Source of the DNA: Gammaproteobacteria bacterium
GTDB lineage: Bacteria; Pseudomonadota; Gammaproteobacteria; Eutrophobiales; Eutrophobiaceae
Reading direction: 5' to 3'
Assembly (NCBI GenBank): GCA_963422205.2
Contig: CAXMWX010000011.1
Location: 96,001 to 160,000 of the forward strand
Length of the DNA: 64,000 nt
The number at the start of each line of letters is the position of its first letter. Within the stretch, counting starts at the first letter, position 1. The position numbers and the translations under genes were made by a program. A model generated the notes under the pieces. It saw nothing but the letters and a program-made list of their open reading frames with translations. It made no database searches and was not told where the DNA came from. This document shows positions 30,322 through 38,815 of this stretch, one piece after another.

Positions 30322-30434
30322 CGTTATCTGGGCGAGCATAACAAGGAAATCTATCAGGACGTGCTGGGCATGGCGGATGAGCAGATAGCGCAGTTGAAAG
30401 AGAAAGGCGTTATCTAGCGTTATCTGGGCGAGCA
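30232..30434 (+). repeat. Exact 96-bp tandem duplication of the CoA-transferase 3' end, plus an 11-bp third partial copy
   Basis: Units start with ctgggcgagca at 30232, 30328 and 30424. Confidence 0.95.
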
Positions 30435-30438
30435 GATG

Positions 30439-30837
30439 CTAAACCAGCACGTTTGACCCGCTCATATACACATACACTTCTTGGAATTTCTCATCGCGAA
30501 TACGCCAGAAATTGGTATTCTCCAGCCGGGTTTCGTTGCCATCCGTATCAACCAGCTCGGCCACAAAACTGGCGGCAATGCGACCATTGGCGGCATCTAC
30601 CGTGCAGGTAAAATCACGATGAATAATGGTCTCGTATGCGCCCATGAAATCAACAAACATGCGCCTGATCTCTGCCTTGCCGACATGGGTGGTGAAGGCC
30701 GTCTGTACGGTCAGCATGGCATTGTCATGAAAACAATCCAACACGGCATCCAGTGCCTTTTTATCCACATTACCGAAGTATTTGTGTATCGCCAGATCGA
30801 TCAGGCCATCGCCATCCAAACGTGATGGATATTGCAT
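30439..30837 (-). CDS. NTF2/SnoaL-like protein
   Basis: YFGNVD...VLDCFHDNA, ENTNFWRI, EVYVYMSG. Confidence 0.8.
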   Translation of the reverse strand: MQYPSRLDGDGLIDLAIHKYFGNVDKKALDAVLDCFHDNAMLTVQTAFTTHVGKAEIRRMFVDFMGAYETIIHRDFTCTVDAANGRIAASFVAELVDTDGNETRLENTNFWRIRDEKFQEVYVYMSGSNVLV

Positions 30838-30852
30838 AATTATCTCCTCGCC

Positions 30853-31248
30853 TTACTTCAGCAGGTTCTCGCCGCTCATATAGACAAACACACGGCTGAA
30901 TTTTCCCTCATGCAGATAGAAACGATTACAGTTTTCATAACGCTGTAGCTCACCGGTCGCCTTTGGCACGACTTCAACGGAGAACTGCGAGCATATCGCC
31001 TGTGCCTGCGTGTCCACCGTATGGACAAAGTTGCCATGCCAGATCCGGCTGTGTGCATCAAACAGGCCAACGAACATCGCCTTGATCGCATCCATGCCAT
31101 CGTGCAAGGTGTTGGAGGTCATCTCCCGTAACGTGGCATCGGCGTGAAAACAATCCAGCACCCGCCCCATGTCGTCATTATCCACCCCGTGAAAATAACG
31201 CTTGGTGACGATGTCCACATAGTAGTCGTAGTGATAGTCGCTCATCAT
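30853..31248 (-). CDS. NTF2/SnoaL-like protein (paralog of the downstream gene)
   Basis: YFHGVD...VLDCFHADA, ENCNRFYL, RVFVYMSG. Confidence 0.8.
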   Translation of the reverse strand: MMSDYHYDYYVDIVTKRYFHGVDNDDMGRVLDCFHADATLREMTSNTLHDGMDAIKAMFVGLFDAHSRIWHGNFVHTVDTQAQAICSQFSVEVVPKATGELQRYENCNRFYLHEGKFSRVFVYMSGENLLK

Positions 31249-31278
31249 GCTAACCTTAGGGTCTGTTGTATTGATCGA

Positions 31279-32034
31279 TCACGCTGGCTTTTGGATGCGA
31301 GAGAGAATCATCGCATCATTCGGTTTTTCAGGGCTGGGGAAGGCCCGCTTGCTGTGGCTGAGGTTGAGTTGCAGATACATCTCACACAGCTTGTAGGCCA
31401 CCTGCCCCGGATTGATCACCGGCACGGGTAATCTCTCGGCCAGATAGCCGTGCGACTGGTGCATGGTGGTTGAGCCCAGCACGATCACACTGGCCGCATC
31501 CTCATTGATCGCCCGCAGGCTTTCCTGTTCCAGTTGCTTAAAAACCCCCTCTTCCTTGCCCTCCAGAAGTTCCTGCAGGTCCGGCCGGGTTTTGATCGAG
31601 CGCAACGAGGCACAGCGATGCTCAAGCCCGTACTCTTTCAGCGTCTTGGTGTACAGCGGAAACCATTCATCCCACATGGTGATCACGGAGAACCTGTGTC
31701 CCAGACAACAGGCGATATGGAAGGCCGCCTGCCCCGGCCCGACAACCGGTATCAAGAGCCTGGAACGCAGGGCATACATGCCGGAATCACTGACCGTATC
31801 AATGCACACAGCCGCATAGCCCTCTTCCTCCGCCTGGAGACCCGCTTCAAAGACGCTCATGTCCATAAGCAGCGTATCGTAGTAGCTGTCGCCCAGCGCC
31901 GCCCCCCAACTGACAGCGACAAAATCAACCTCCGCCCCTGGCATCAGCAGGTCTTTCGGTAATTGTGATGCCCGGTTATCAACACCTGCCTGATCCATGG
32001 GAACAGGCACGATAATCTTGATTTTTTTTGTCAT
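31279..32034 (-). CDS. Asp/Glu/hydantoin racemase-family protein
   Basis: AEEEGYAAVCIDTVSDSG, IPVVGPG, IVLGSTTM, VPVINP. Confidence 0.85.
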   Translation of the reverse strand: MTKKIKIIVPVPMDQAGVDNRASQLPKDLLMPGAEVDFVAVSWGAALGDSYYDTLLMDMSVFEAGLQAEEEGYAAVCIDTVSDSGMYALRSRLLIPVVGPGQAAFHIACCLGHRFSVITMWDEWFPLYTKTLKEYGLEHRCASLRSIKTRPDLQELLEGKEEGVFKQLEQESLRAINEDAASVIVLGSTTMHQSHGYLAERLPVPVINPGQVAYKLCEMYLQLNLSHSKRAFPSPEKPNDAMILSRIQKPA

Positions 32035-32100
32035 AACCCAAGCCCTTGCGACTTGACTAATGCAGTAAGCTAAGAACGGCACTCTATCATCTTTGTTATA

Positions 32101-32110
32101 TTGTATACAA
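32101..32110. promoter_or_regulatory. Putative GntR operator TTGTATACAA upstream of the racemase operon
   Basis: Perfect 10-bp palindrome ~66 nt upstream of the start codon. Confidence 0.65.
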
Positions 32111-32314
32111 AATTTAAGCGGAGATATTCATGCAAACCTGTGCATTCACCGATTTTGCGTGTTGTACTCGCCGTAGTATTGATTGATTTTCCGCACCAGA
32201 GGGCCGCCGTCACACATTTGAGGAGAGCATTGTGCCGGCGCAGAGACGCAAGGCGTCCGTGCAAAAAGCCGCTGCCGTGCTTGCCACCGTGCTTTCAGGG
32301 GGGAGTGCAGCTTG

Positions 32315-34048
32315 TCAAGCCTGCCAGCAATCTGCCCTCTGGTGGTTTTTGATCTGGCCTGTGTCCTCCTGCTTGCCCTCATCCCCACGCTCATCTTGAG
32401 GCAGGTAGAACCAGCGAATTTGCCTGGCGCTTTTCGACAGCGTGATGTTGCCAACGGGTCCGGGGGCCTCAACGCCAGCCAAACGCCTTTCCGCTTCACC
32501 CAGATAAGGCGTCAGCCGCTTCGGCCGGTTTACTTCATTGGACGATGACCCTCTGCCCACCTCCTGAAAATCCCACTCACCAAGGCCGGCGTTCAGTGTA
32601 CGCCTGTTTGCATGGTAGACCCAGATCCCGGTCGCCTCATCATAATCGTAATAAGACAACAGCTTCCAGCCTTGTTCGGCAATCAGTTCAATGGCACGAA
32701 TGATATAGTCAGTTGTTTCCGTATCGAAAAAATAATTAAAACTCAATCGCACCCAGCCAGGCCGCATGATGCTGTTTCCCCGCAAGACCTGCTGTTCCAG
32801 TTGCAGGCTGTATTCGCTGTCCATACCCAATAAGTCGTGGGCATAGGGGCCGGCACAGGAGCAGCCGCCGCGCGCCTGAATACCAAATAAATCATTGAGC
32901 AATGCAACGATAAAGCCGTAGTGAAGATATTTATCAAGGCGCTTGATCTGAAAAGACAGTATTGCCAGCCGTTCAGCCTCCGGGTTGCCGAGAATTTCAA
33001 TGCAGGGATGTGGAAGGAGTCGGGATATGGACTGTCGGATCAAGGATTGTTCGCGTTGCTCAATTTCCTCCATGCCGACTGCCTGTTGTAATTTGAAGGC
33101 CAGGCCAGCACGAATGGCACCGATAATGTCAGGCGTACCCCCCTCTTCACGCTTTTCAGGATCATCATGATAGACATGGTGCCCGGGGCTGACATAGCGG
33201 ACAGTACCGCCGCCGGGCACCACCGGCGTGGTATTTTTGATCAGCGATTTTTTGACCACCAGGATGCCAGAGCTGCCTGGCCCGCCAACGAATTTATGCG
33301 GCGAGATAAAAACCGCATCCTTGCCAGTATCGCCTTCCGGCCCCTGCCGACCCAGCATGTCTATGCGGGTATACGGTGCGGCGGCGGCATAGTCCCAGCA
33401 GGCATAGGCGCCATGTTTCTTTAAAAGGCGAGTGATCCGATCGGTGTCCGTTTTAATACCGGTGACGTTGGATGCGGCCGAGAAGCTGCCTATCTTCACT
33501 GGCCGGTGTACTGAGGCGATCAACACCTGTTCCAGTTCAGCGATGTCAATATGTCCGTCTTTATTCAGTGAAATCCTGACCAGTTCCACTTGGCTTTCCC
33601 GCCAGGGCAGCTCGTTGGAATGGTGCTCATAAGGGCCGATCAATACCAGCGGAGTCTCCGGATTGCCGGCAGGTTTTGAAGACATATACCCCTGCTCAGC
33701 GCGTGACAGACACAACAGACCAATCAGCTTGTGAACCGCCGCCGTTGCACCCGCACCGCAGAACAAGACGCAGTAATCCTGGCTGGCATTGACCGCCTGG
33801 CTGATGATTGCCCTGGCTTGTTCCATATAGGCCGTGGTCTGTGCGCCGCTGTAAGAGCTTTCTGTGTGCGTATTCGCATAGCAAGGCAACACCTGCGCGC
33901 AAATAAAATCCTCAATGAAAGACAGCGCCCGACCCGAGGCCGTGTAGTCGGCATAGACCAGCGGCCTTGAGCCAAACGGTGTTTGAAACAAGGCGTGCTC
34001 ACCTATCACCGAATGACGAATTTGATTAATCAGCTTCTGCTGGTGCAT
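32315..34048 (-). CDS. Class V PLP-dependent aminotransferase / cysteine-desulfurase-like protein
   Basis: YADYTASGR, GPYEHHSNELPW, SAASNVTG, FISPHKFVGGPG, RGGCSCAGPY. Confidence 0.9.
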   Translation of the reverse strand: MHQQKLINQIRHSVIGEHALFQTPFGSRPLVYADYTASGRALSFIEDFICAQVLPCYANTHTESSYSGAQTTAYMEQARAIISQAVNASQDYCVLFCGAGATAAVHKLIGLLCLSRAEQGYMSSKPAGNPETPLVLIGPYEHHSNELPWRESQVELVRISLNKDGHIDIAELEQVLIASVHRPVKIGSFSAASNVTGIKTDTDRITRLLKKHGAYACWDYAAAAPYTRIDMLGRQGPEGDTGKDAVFISPHKFVGGPGSSGILVVKKSLIKNTTPVVPGGGTVRYVSPGHHVYHDDPEKREEGGTPDIIGAIRAGLAFKLQQAVGMEEIEQREQSLIRQSISRLLPHPCIEILGNPEAERLAILSFQIKRLDKYLHYGFIVALLNDLFGIQARGGCSCAGPYAHDLLGMDSEYSLQLEQQVLRGNSIMRPGWVRLSFNYFFDTETTDYIIRAIELIAEQGWKLLSYYDYDEATGIWVYHANRRTLNAGLGEWDFQEVGRGSSSNEVNRPKRLTPYLGEAERRLAGVEAPGPVGNITLSKSARQIRWFYLPQDERGDEGKQEDTGQIKNHQRADCWQA

Positions 34049-34195
34049 ACCATAGTCCTGATAAATAAAAAAACACTATATTTTATTTACTGATAAATTA
34101 TTTACTTTTTTTTAGCTTTTTTCGCTAAAATATCATAAATATTTCCATTAATAGACTAAAAATAGAAAAAATATTTCGATAACAAAGAGTATAAC

Positions 34196-34657
34196 GTGGA
34201 CAAGTTCGATAAAGACATACTGAAGCTGTTGCAACAAGATGCCAGCCTGCCGCTGGCTGAGTTGGCCGAGTTGGTTTCCCTGTCAAAAACGGCCTGCTGG
34301 CGGCGGCTGCAAAAATTGCAGGCCAATGGCGTGATCACAGCACGCATCTGCCTCCTGGATGCAAAGAAACTGAATCTGTCATTGACGGTGTTTATTTCCG
34401 TGCGTACCAATCGGCATGATCGGGACTGGCTGGATAACTTCGCCGAAGTCGTCACCGCCCTTCCTGAAATCCAGGAGATCTACCGTATGAGTGGCGATCT
34501 GGATTATCTGCTGCGCGCCACCGTCACCGACATGGCAGGTTATGATGCGTTGTATAAAAAATTAATCCGGAATGTTTCTCTGTATGATATCAGCGCCAGT
34601 TTCGTGATGGAGACCATCAAACGCACAACGCAACTGCCCCTGACTTACATGGATTAA
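34196..34657 (+). CDS. Lrp/AsnC-family regulator (DecR-like)
   Basis: DKDILKLLQQDA, LSKTACWRRL, YRMSGDLDYLL, IKRTTQLP; divergent from the class V PLP enzyme. Confidence 0.9.
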   Translation: MDKFDKDILKLLQQDASLPLAELAELVSLSKTACWRRLQKLQANGVITARICLLDAKKLNLSLTVFISVRTNRHDRDWLDNFAEVVTALPEIQEIYRMSGDLDYLLRATVTDMAGYDALYKKLIRNVSLYDISASFVMETIKRTTQLPLTYMD

Positions 34658-34880
34658 ATGCAGGCATCAAGGATAAACCCTGGGTATAACACAGCACGTC
34701 TGCAACGCTTTCTTATCCCGTGCTGACAGCGATTACAATGCGATAACCGAACAGATAAGGATGAGTAGATGACGGCACAGCGATTTACCGCCACCGAGGA
34801 TCTGATGCTGGCGGTGAAAGCGATTGCAACGCTTAAACAGCACGCCGCCCCATTGCCATCCTGAGAGGCATTAATCTGCC

Positions 34881-35195
34881 ATGAACATCATCGATATCTG
34901 GGTGAACTGCCCCTCCAGAGAGGTGGCTGAGAAAATCGCCGCGGTGTTGCTGCAAAAAAGACTCATCGCCTGTGCCAATATCTTCGCCAGCATAGACAGC
35001 GCATATCACTGGCAAGGCAACATGGAACGGGATACGGAAATACCCCTGCTGTTAAAAAGCAAAGCAGTGTTGTTTGCCGAAATAGCCGCCGAGATACAAC
35101 GCATGCACCCCTATGAGATACCGCCGATTACGGGAGTCCCGGTGACACAAGTCAATGCAGCCTATAAAGACTGGGTGATCAGCGAAACGAAGTAA
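34881..35195 (+). CDS. cutA: Divalent-cation tolerance protein CutA
   Basis: CPSREVAEKIA, RLIACANI, SAYHWQG, HPYEIP. Confidence 0.92.
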   Translation: MNIIDIWVNCPSREVAEKIAAVLLQKRLIACANIFASIDSAYHWQGNMERDTEIPLLLKSKAVLFAEIAAEIQRMHPYEIPPITGVPVTQVNAAYKDWVISETK

Positions 35196-35254
35196 TCGGG
35201 CAGGTGGTGGGCTGGCTATGGCATCAGTTCTACGATAATCCTCATCGCCAGGTG

Positions 35255-35410
35255 CGGCAGCGCCTGTGGCAAGGCGAAAACAGATCGTCCCGGCCTATCT
35301 GCTTTGGTGGATTAACCGGCCATCATCGCAGCGCTATCTCAACTCAAGATCAAGGGCAACGATGCTGAAAATGATGGACAGGCAATCTCTGGAAAACCGT
35401 GAAAAACCAA
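35255..35410 (+). pseudogene. Fragment of a type I R-M specificity-subunit-like gene
   Basis: AAAPV...IVPAYLLWWINRPSSQRYLNSRSRATMLKMMDRQSLEN resembles HsdS TRD segments; sits directly upstream of an hsdM fragment. Confidence 0.5.
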
Positions 35411-35474
35411 CACCGGTAACAGCTAACGACTCACACTCACCGAAAGGCAAGCCGCACAACACTGGGAAAAGAAC

Positions 35475-35640
35475 ATGACCAGTGAATCCATTAACCAGAA
35501 AGACGTGAATAGCACCGCCCAGGCGGCCTGCAATACCTTATCAAGGCATGATGGATGCGGCGGGTTACTAAGGATGATATTCTGGTGATGTTCCTCCTGG
35601 AAGATATCTCGGATGTATGGAGAAGCCACGATATGAGAAG
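35475..35640 (+). pseudogene. hsdM: Frameshifted N-terminal fragment of type I R-M methyltransferase HsdM
   Basis: Stitching three frames gives MTSESINQKDVNSTAQAACNT / QGMMDAAGY / KDDILVMFLLEDISDVWRSH, matching the HsdM_N pattern (AACDTFRG.....YKDYILVMLFLKYISDVW). Confidence 0.7.
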
Positions 35641-35675
35641 TGCCGCAAACGATATGATCGTGTGTTTCAAGCGGC

Positions 35676-35767
35676 TGGCGGAGAGAGAGGGATTCGAACC
35701 CTCGATACGGGATGAACCGTATACACACTTTCCAGGCGTGCGCCTTCAACCACTCGGCCACCTCTCC
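35676..35767 (-). tRNA. tRNA-Ser (anticodon GGA)
   Basis: Reverse complement GGAGAGGTGGCCGAGTGGTTGAAGGCGCACGCCTGGAAAGTGTG...GGTTCGAATCCCTCTCTCTCCGCCA; long variable arm, encoded CCA. Confidence 0.97.
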
Positions 35768-35827
35768 ACAACCCTAAGCTGACAGAACGCCAAGGCGGGC
35801 AAGTAATACCTGATGGTGGCAGATGAG

Positions 35828-37564
35828 TCAATTAAATTGCAGCTTCGCCAGGCGGGCATACAGCCCCTGCCGGGCAACTAATACCTCGTGTTTGCCCTCA
35901 TCCACGATCCTGCCCTGCTGCATCACAATAATCCGGTCGGCCTGTTTAACTGTGGCCAGCCGATGGGCGATGACAATCACCGTACGCCCGCACATTAATC
36001 GTTGCAATGCCTGCTGTACCAGGTGCTCACTTTCCGCATCCAGTGAACTGGTGGCCTCATCTAACAATAACACCGGCGGGTCTTTTAACAGCGCACGGGC
36101 GATGGCGATACGTTGTTGTTGCCCGGCGGATAATCCTGCCCCTTTCTCAGCCAGACGGGTTTGATAGGCCGCTGGCAGACTCTCGATAAACTCCCTGGCA
36201 CAGGCCGCCTTCGCCGCCTGCCTCACCTGCTCATCTGTAGCCGCCGAATCGCCCATGCGAATATTCTCCATCACACTGCTGGCAAACAACAGGGTCTGCT
36301 GCGGGACGAGACCGATCTGTCGGCGCAGGTCTTGCAGGCTGACCTGTCTGATATCACAATCGGATAACATGATCCTGCCGGCCTCGGGATCATAAAAGCG
36401 CAACAATAATTGAAACACCGTGCTTTTGCCCGCCCCTGAGGGCCCGACCAGGGCGACTGTCTCCCCCGGTGCAACCTGCAAGCTGAAATCGCACAAGGTT
36501 CGTTGTTCTTTGCGGGCAGGATAACGGAAACTTACCTTATCGAATTGCAATTTCCCCGCCATCTGCACTGGTAAGGCGATGGGGCGTGTCGGTGTGGTGA
36601 TTTCCGCCTGGCTTTGCAATAATTCGGTGAGCCTTTCCATGGCACCTGCCGCCCGCTGTACATCACCCCAGACCTCGCCGAGTGCCGTGCTGCTGCCTGC
36701 AACAATCGTGGCATAGAGTAAAAACTGGCCGAGCGCACCGGGGGTGATTTCACCATCAATGACGGCCTGCGCCCCGGTCCACAAGACGATCACAATGGCA
36801 CTGAAGGCAGTCAAGACGATAATGCCGGACAACACAGAACTGACCAGCAGGCGCTGCCGTGCTGCCTGAAACGAGGCTTCGACAGACAAGGCAAAACGCC
36901 TCCCTTGCTGCCGCTCCTGCGTGAATGCCTGGATGATGTGAATGGCATTGAGGATCTCGCCGGCGATGCCGCTTGACTCGGCAATTTTATCCTGGGTAAT
37001 CCTGGACAGGCGCCGCACTTTTCTGCCATACAGCCATAAAGGCACAACGACAACCGGCAGCAAGACAAACAACAACAGGGTCAGGCGGCTGCTGGTGATA
37101 AACAACATGATCAACGCACCGGTCAACATGAACCCACTACGCAATGCGATTGACAAGCCCGCCCCTATCACTGACTGCACCAGAGTGGTGTCCGTGGTTA
37201 AACGTGACAACACCTCGCCAGTACGGGTATCCTCATAAAATGTCGGCCCCAGATTGAGGACATGCTGATAGACAGCGGTGCGAATGTCTGCCACCACCCG
37301 CTCCCCAATCCACATCACACAGTAATAACGCAGCGAGGAGAATACAGCTAACGCCATGGCCAGAAGCAACAGGCTCAGAAAGTAGGCGTGTATGGTGCCC
37401 TCCCCTGTCCTGGAAAATCCATGATCGATGACATGGCGGATCGCCACCGGCATGGATAAAGCAGACAGGGCGGCCAGCGACAGACACAGAAAAGCCATCA
37501 GCAGGCGTAACCTGTACGGCCATAGAAAAGGCAGGCTTCGGGCTAAAGGGCGCAGTTTTTTCAC
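35828..37564 (-). CDS. ABC exporter, fused permease and ATPase (MsbA-like family)
   Basis: TM domain with TGEVLSRLTTDT; GPSGAGKST, LSAGQQQRIAIARA, LLDEATS. Confidence 0.92.
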   Translation of the reverse strand: MKKLRPLARSLPFLWPYRLRLLMAFLCLSLAALSALSMPVAIRHVIDHGFSRTGEGTIHAYFLSLLLLAMALAVFSSLRYYCVMWIGERVVADIRTAVYQHVLNLGPTFYEDTRTGEVLSRLTTDTTLVQSVIGAGLSIALRSGFMLTGALIMLFITSSRLTLLLFVLLPVVVVPLWLYGRKVRRLSRITQDKIAESSGIAGEILNAIHIIQAFTQERQQGRRFALSVEASFQAARQRLLVSSVLSGIIVLTAFSAIVIVLWTGAQAVIDGEITPGALGQFLLYATIVAGSSTALGEVWGDVQRAAGAMERLTELLQSQAEITTPTRPIALPVQMAGKLQFDKVSFRYPARKEQRTLCDFSLQVAPGETVALVGPSGAGKSTVFQLLLRFYDPEAGRIMLSDCDIRQVSLQDLRRQIGLVPQQTLLFASSVMENIRMGDSAATDEQVRQAAKAACAREFIESLPAAYQTRLAEKGAGLSAGQQQRIAIARALLKDPPVLLLDEATSSLDAESEHLVQQALQRLMCGRTVIVIAHRLATVKQADRIIVMQQGRIVDEGKHEVLVARQGLYARLAKLQFN

Positions 37565-37819
37565 GTGGTGAATCGGCCTGTCTGTACAATGGCTAACAAA
37601 TGCAGGCTGTGTATTGTGGCTGAAACAGGCGGGCTGCCTTGTGTCAACCCGGCCCTGTCAACATAAACAGCAGCCATCTTATACTTACCGGCATCAGCAG
37701 CACCATTCAAAGCCGACGCACATAAGGCAAAAACATTGCACGGCGTGACCCGGCTCTGAAGTATTTTATGTATAATCTGCGCTTAATCATTATCATCAAC
37801 GGGTTTGAGGTAAGCATGT

Positions 37820-38815
37820 ATGTGGATAGATTCTCTGGCGGAGTACGGGATGTTTATGGCCAAGTTCGGCACCATCTTCATCGCCCTGTGTTTGCTCATT
37901 GTGCTGGTGTTCACCCTGTTCATGCGTGGTCGGGAAGCGGGGGAAGAACACCTGGAGATCAAACACATCAACCAAAAGCTGGACGGCTTTCGCCTGTTGA
38001 TATCGGCGACAGTGTTACCCAAAAAGGCATTTAAGAAATCTGTCAAGGCGCAAAAACAAAAAGACAAGGGCAGTGACCCGGCACAGAAAAAAATATACGT
38101 CATTAATTTTGATGGCGATATACGCGCCAGCCAGGTCAATTCGCTGCGGGAAGAGATCACCGCTGTGCTCAGCATCGCTGATCAGAATGATGAGGTCCTG
38201 CTTGTTCTGGAGAGCAACGGCGGCACCGTGCATGGCTATGGGCTGGCGGCATCACAGCTATGCCGGATAAAGGATAAAGGCATAAAGCTGACCGTGGCTG
38301 TTGATAAGGTGGCGGCCAGCGGCGGCTATATGATGGCCTGTGTGGCCGATACGATTATCGCCGCCCCGTTTGCCATCATCGGCTCGATCGGTGTGCTTGC
38401 ACAGCTACCGAATTTTAATCGCCTGCTGAAAAAACATGATATCGACTTTGAACAGATCGCTGCCGGCCAGTATAAACGTACCCTGACCCTGTTCGGCGAG
38501 AACACCGGCAAAGACAGAGAAAAGCTACAGCAGGAACTGGATGAGACACATGCCCTGTTCAAGCAGTTTGTGCAAGAGAACCGCCGCCAGGCAGAGATAG
38601 AAAAAATTGCCACCGGTGAACACTGGTACGGCCTCAAGGCGCAGCAGTTAGGGCTGATAGACAAAATTCAGTGCAGTGATGATTTTATTTGTGAGGCCGT
38701 CAAGCTGGCGGATGTCTATGAGCTGGCCTATATCAGAAAGCGGCCTGTGCTGGAGAGAATCTTCTCCCCTGCTGTCAAGGCGACCCGATTGCTTGCTGAT
38801 CGCTGGCAGGTGTGA
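37820..38815 (+). CDS. sohB: S49-family peptidase SohB
   Basis: LESNGGTVHGYGLAASQL, VDKVAASGGYMMACVA, AGQYKRTLT, ATGEHW. Confidence 0.93.
   Translation: MWIDSLAEYGMFMAKFGTIFIALCLLIVLVFTLFMRGREAGEEHLEIKHINQKLDGFRLLISATVLPKKAFKKSVKAQKQKDKGSDPAQKKIYVINFDGDIRASQVNSLREEITAVLSIADQNDEVLLVLESNGGTVHGYGLAASQLCRIKDKGIKLTVAVDKVAASGGYMMACVADTIIAAPFAIIGSIGVLAQLPNFNRLLKKHDIDFEQIAAGQYKRTLTLFGENTGKDREKLQQELDETHALFKQFVQENRRQAEIEKIATGEHWYGLKAQQLGLIDKIQCSDDFICEAVKLADVYELAYIRKRPVLERIFSPAVKATRLLADRWQV

Noticed and set aside
30232-30434. Possible CRISPR array or REP-type repeat
   Set aside because: The units are contiguous copies of coding sequence with no spacers, and there are no cas genes in the window.
34769-34864. 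Small ORF upstream of cutA (MTAQRFTATEDLML...)
   Set aside because: Too short, with no recognisable motif.
19819-35767. Intact tRNA-anchored integrative element
   Set aside because: I found no integrase and no second copy of the tRNA 3' end in the window, so boundaries cannot be supported.
35423-35782. ORFs 35423..35761 (-) and 35555..35782 (+) as genes
   Set aside because: They read through the tRNA-Ser gene; only the HsdM-like segment carries a protein signal.
38775-38815. 41-bp convergent overlap of sohB and avtA as a regulatory feature
   Set aside because: Short 3' overlaps of non-conserved tails are common, and there is no further evidence.
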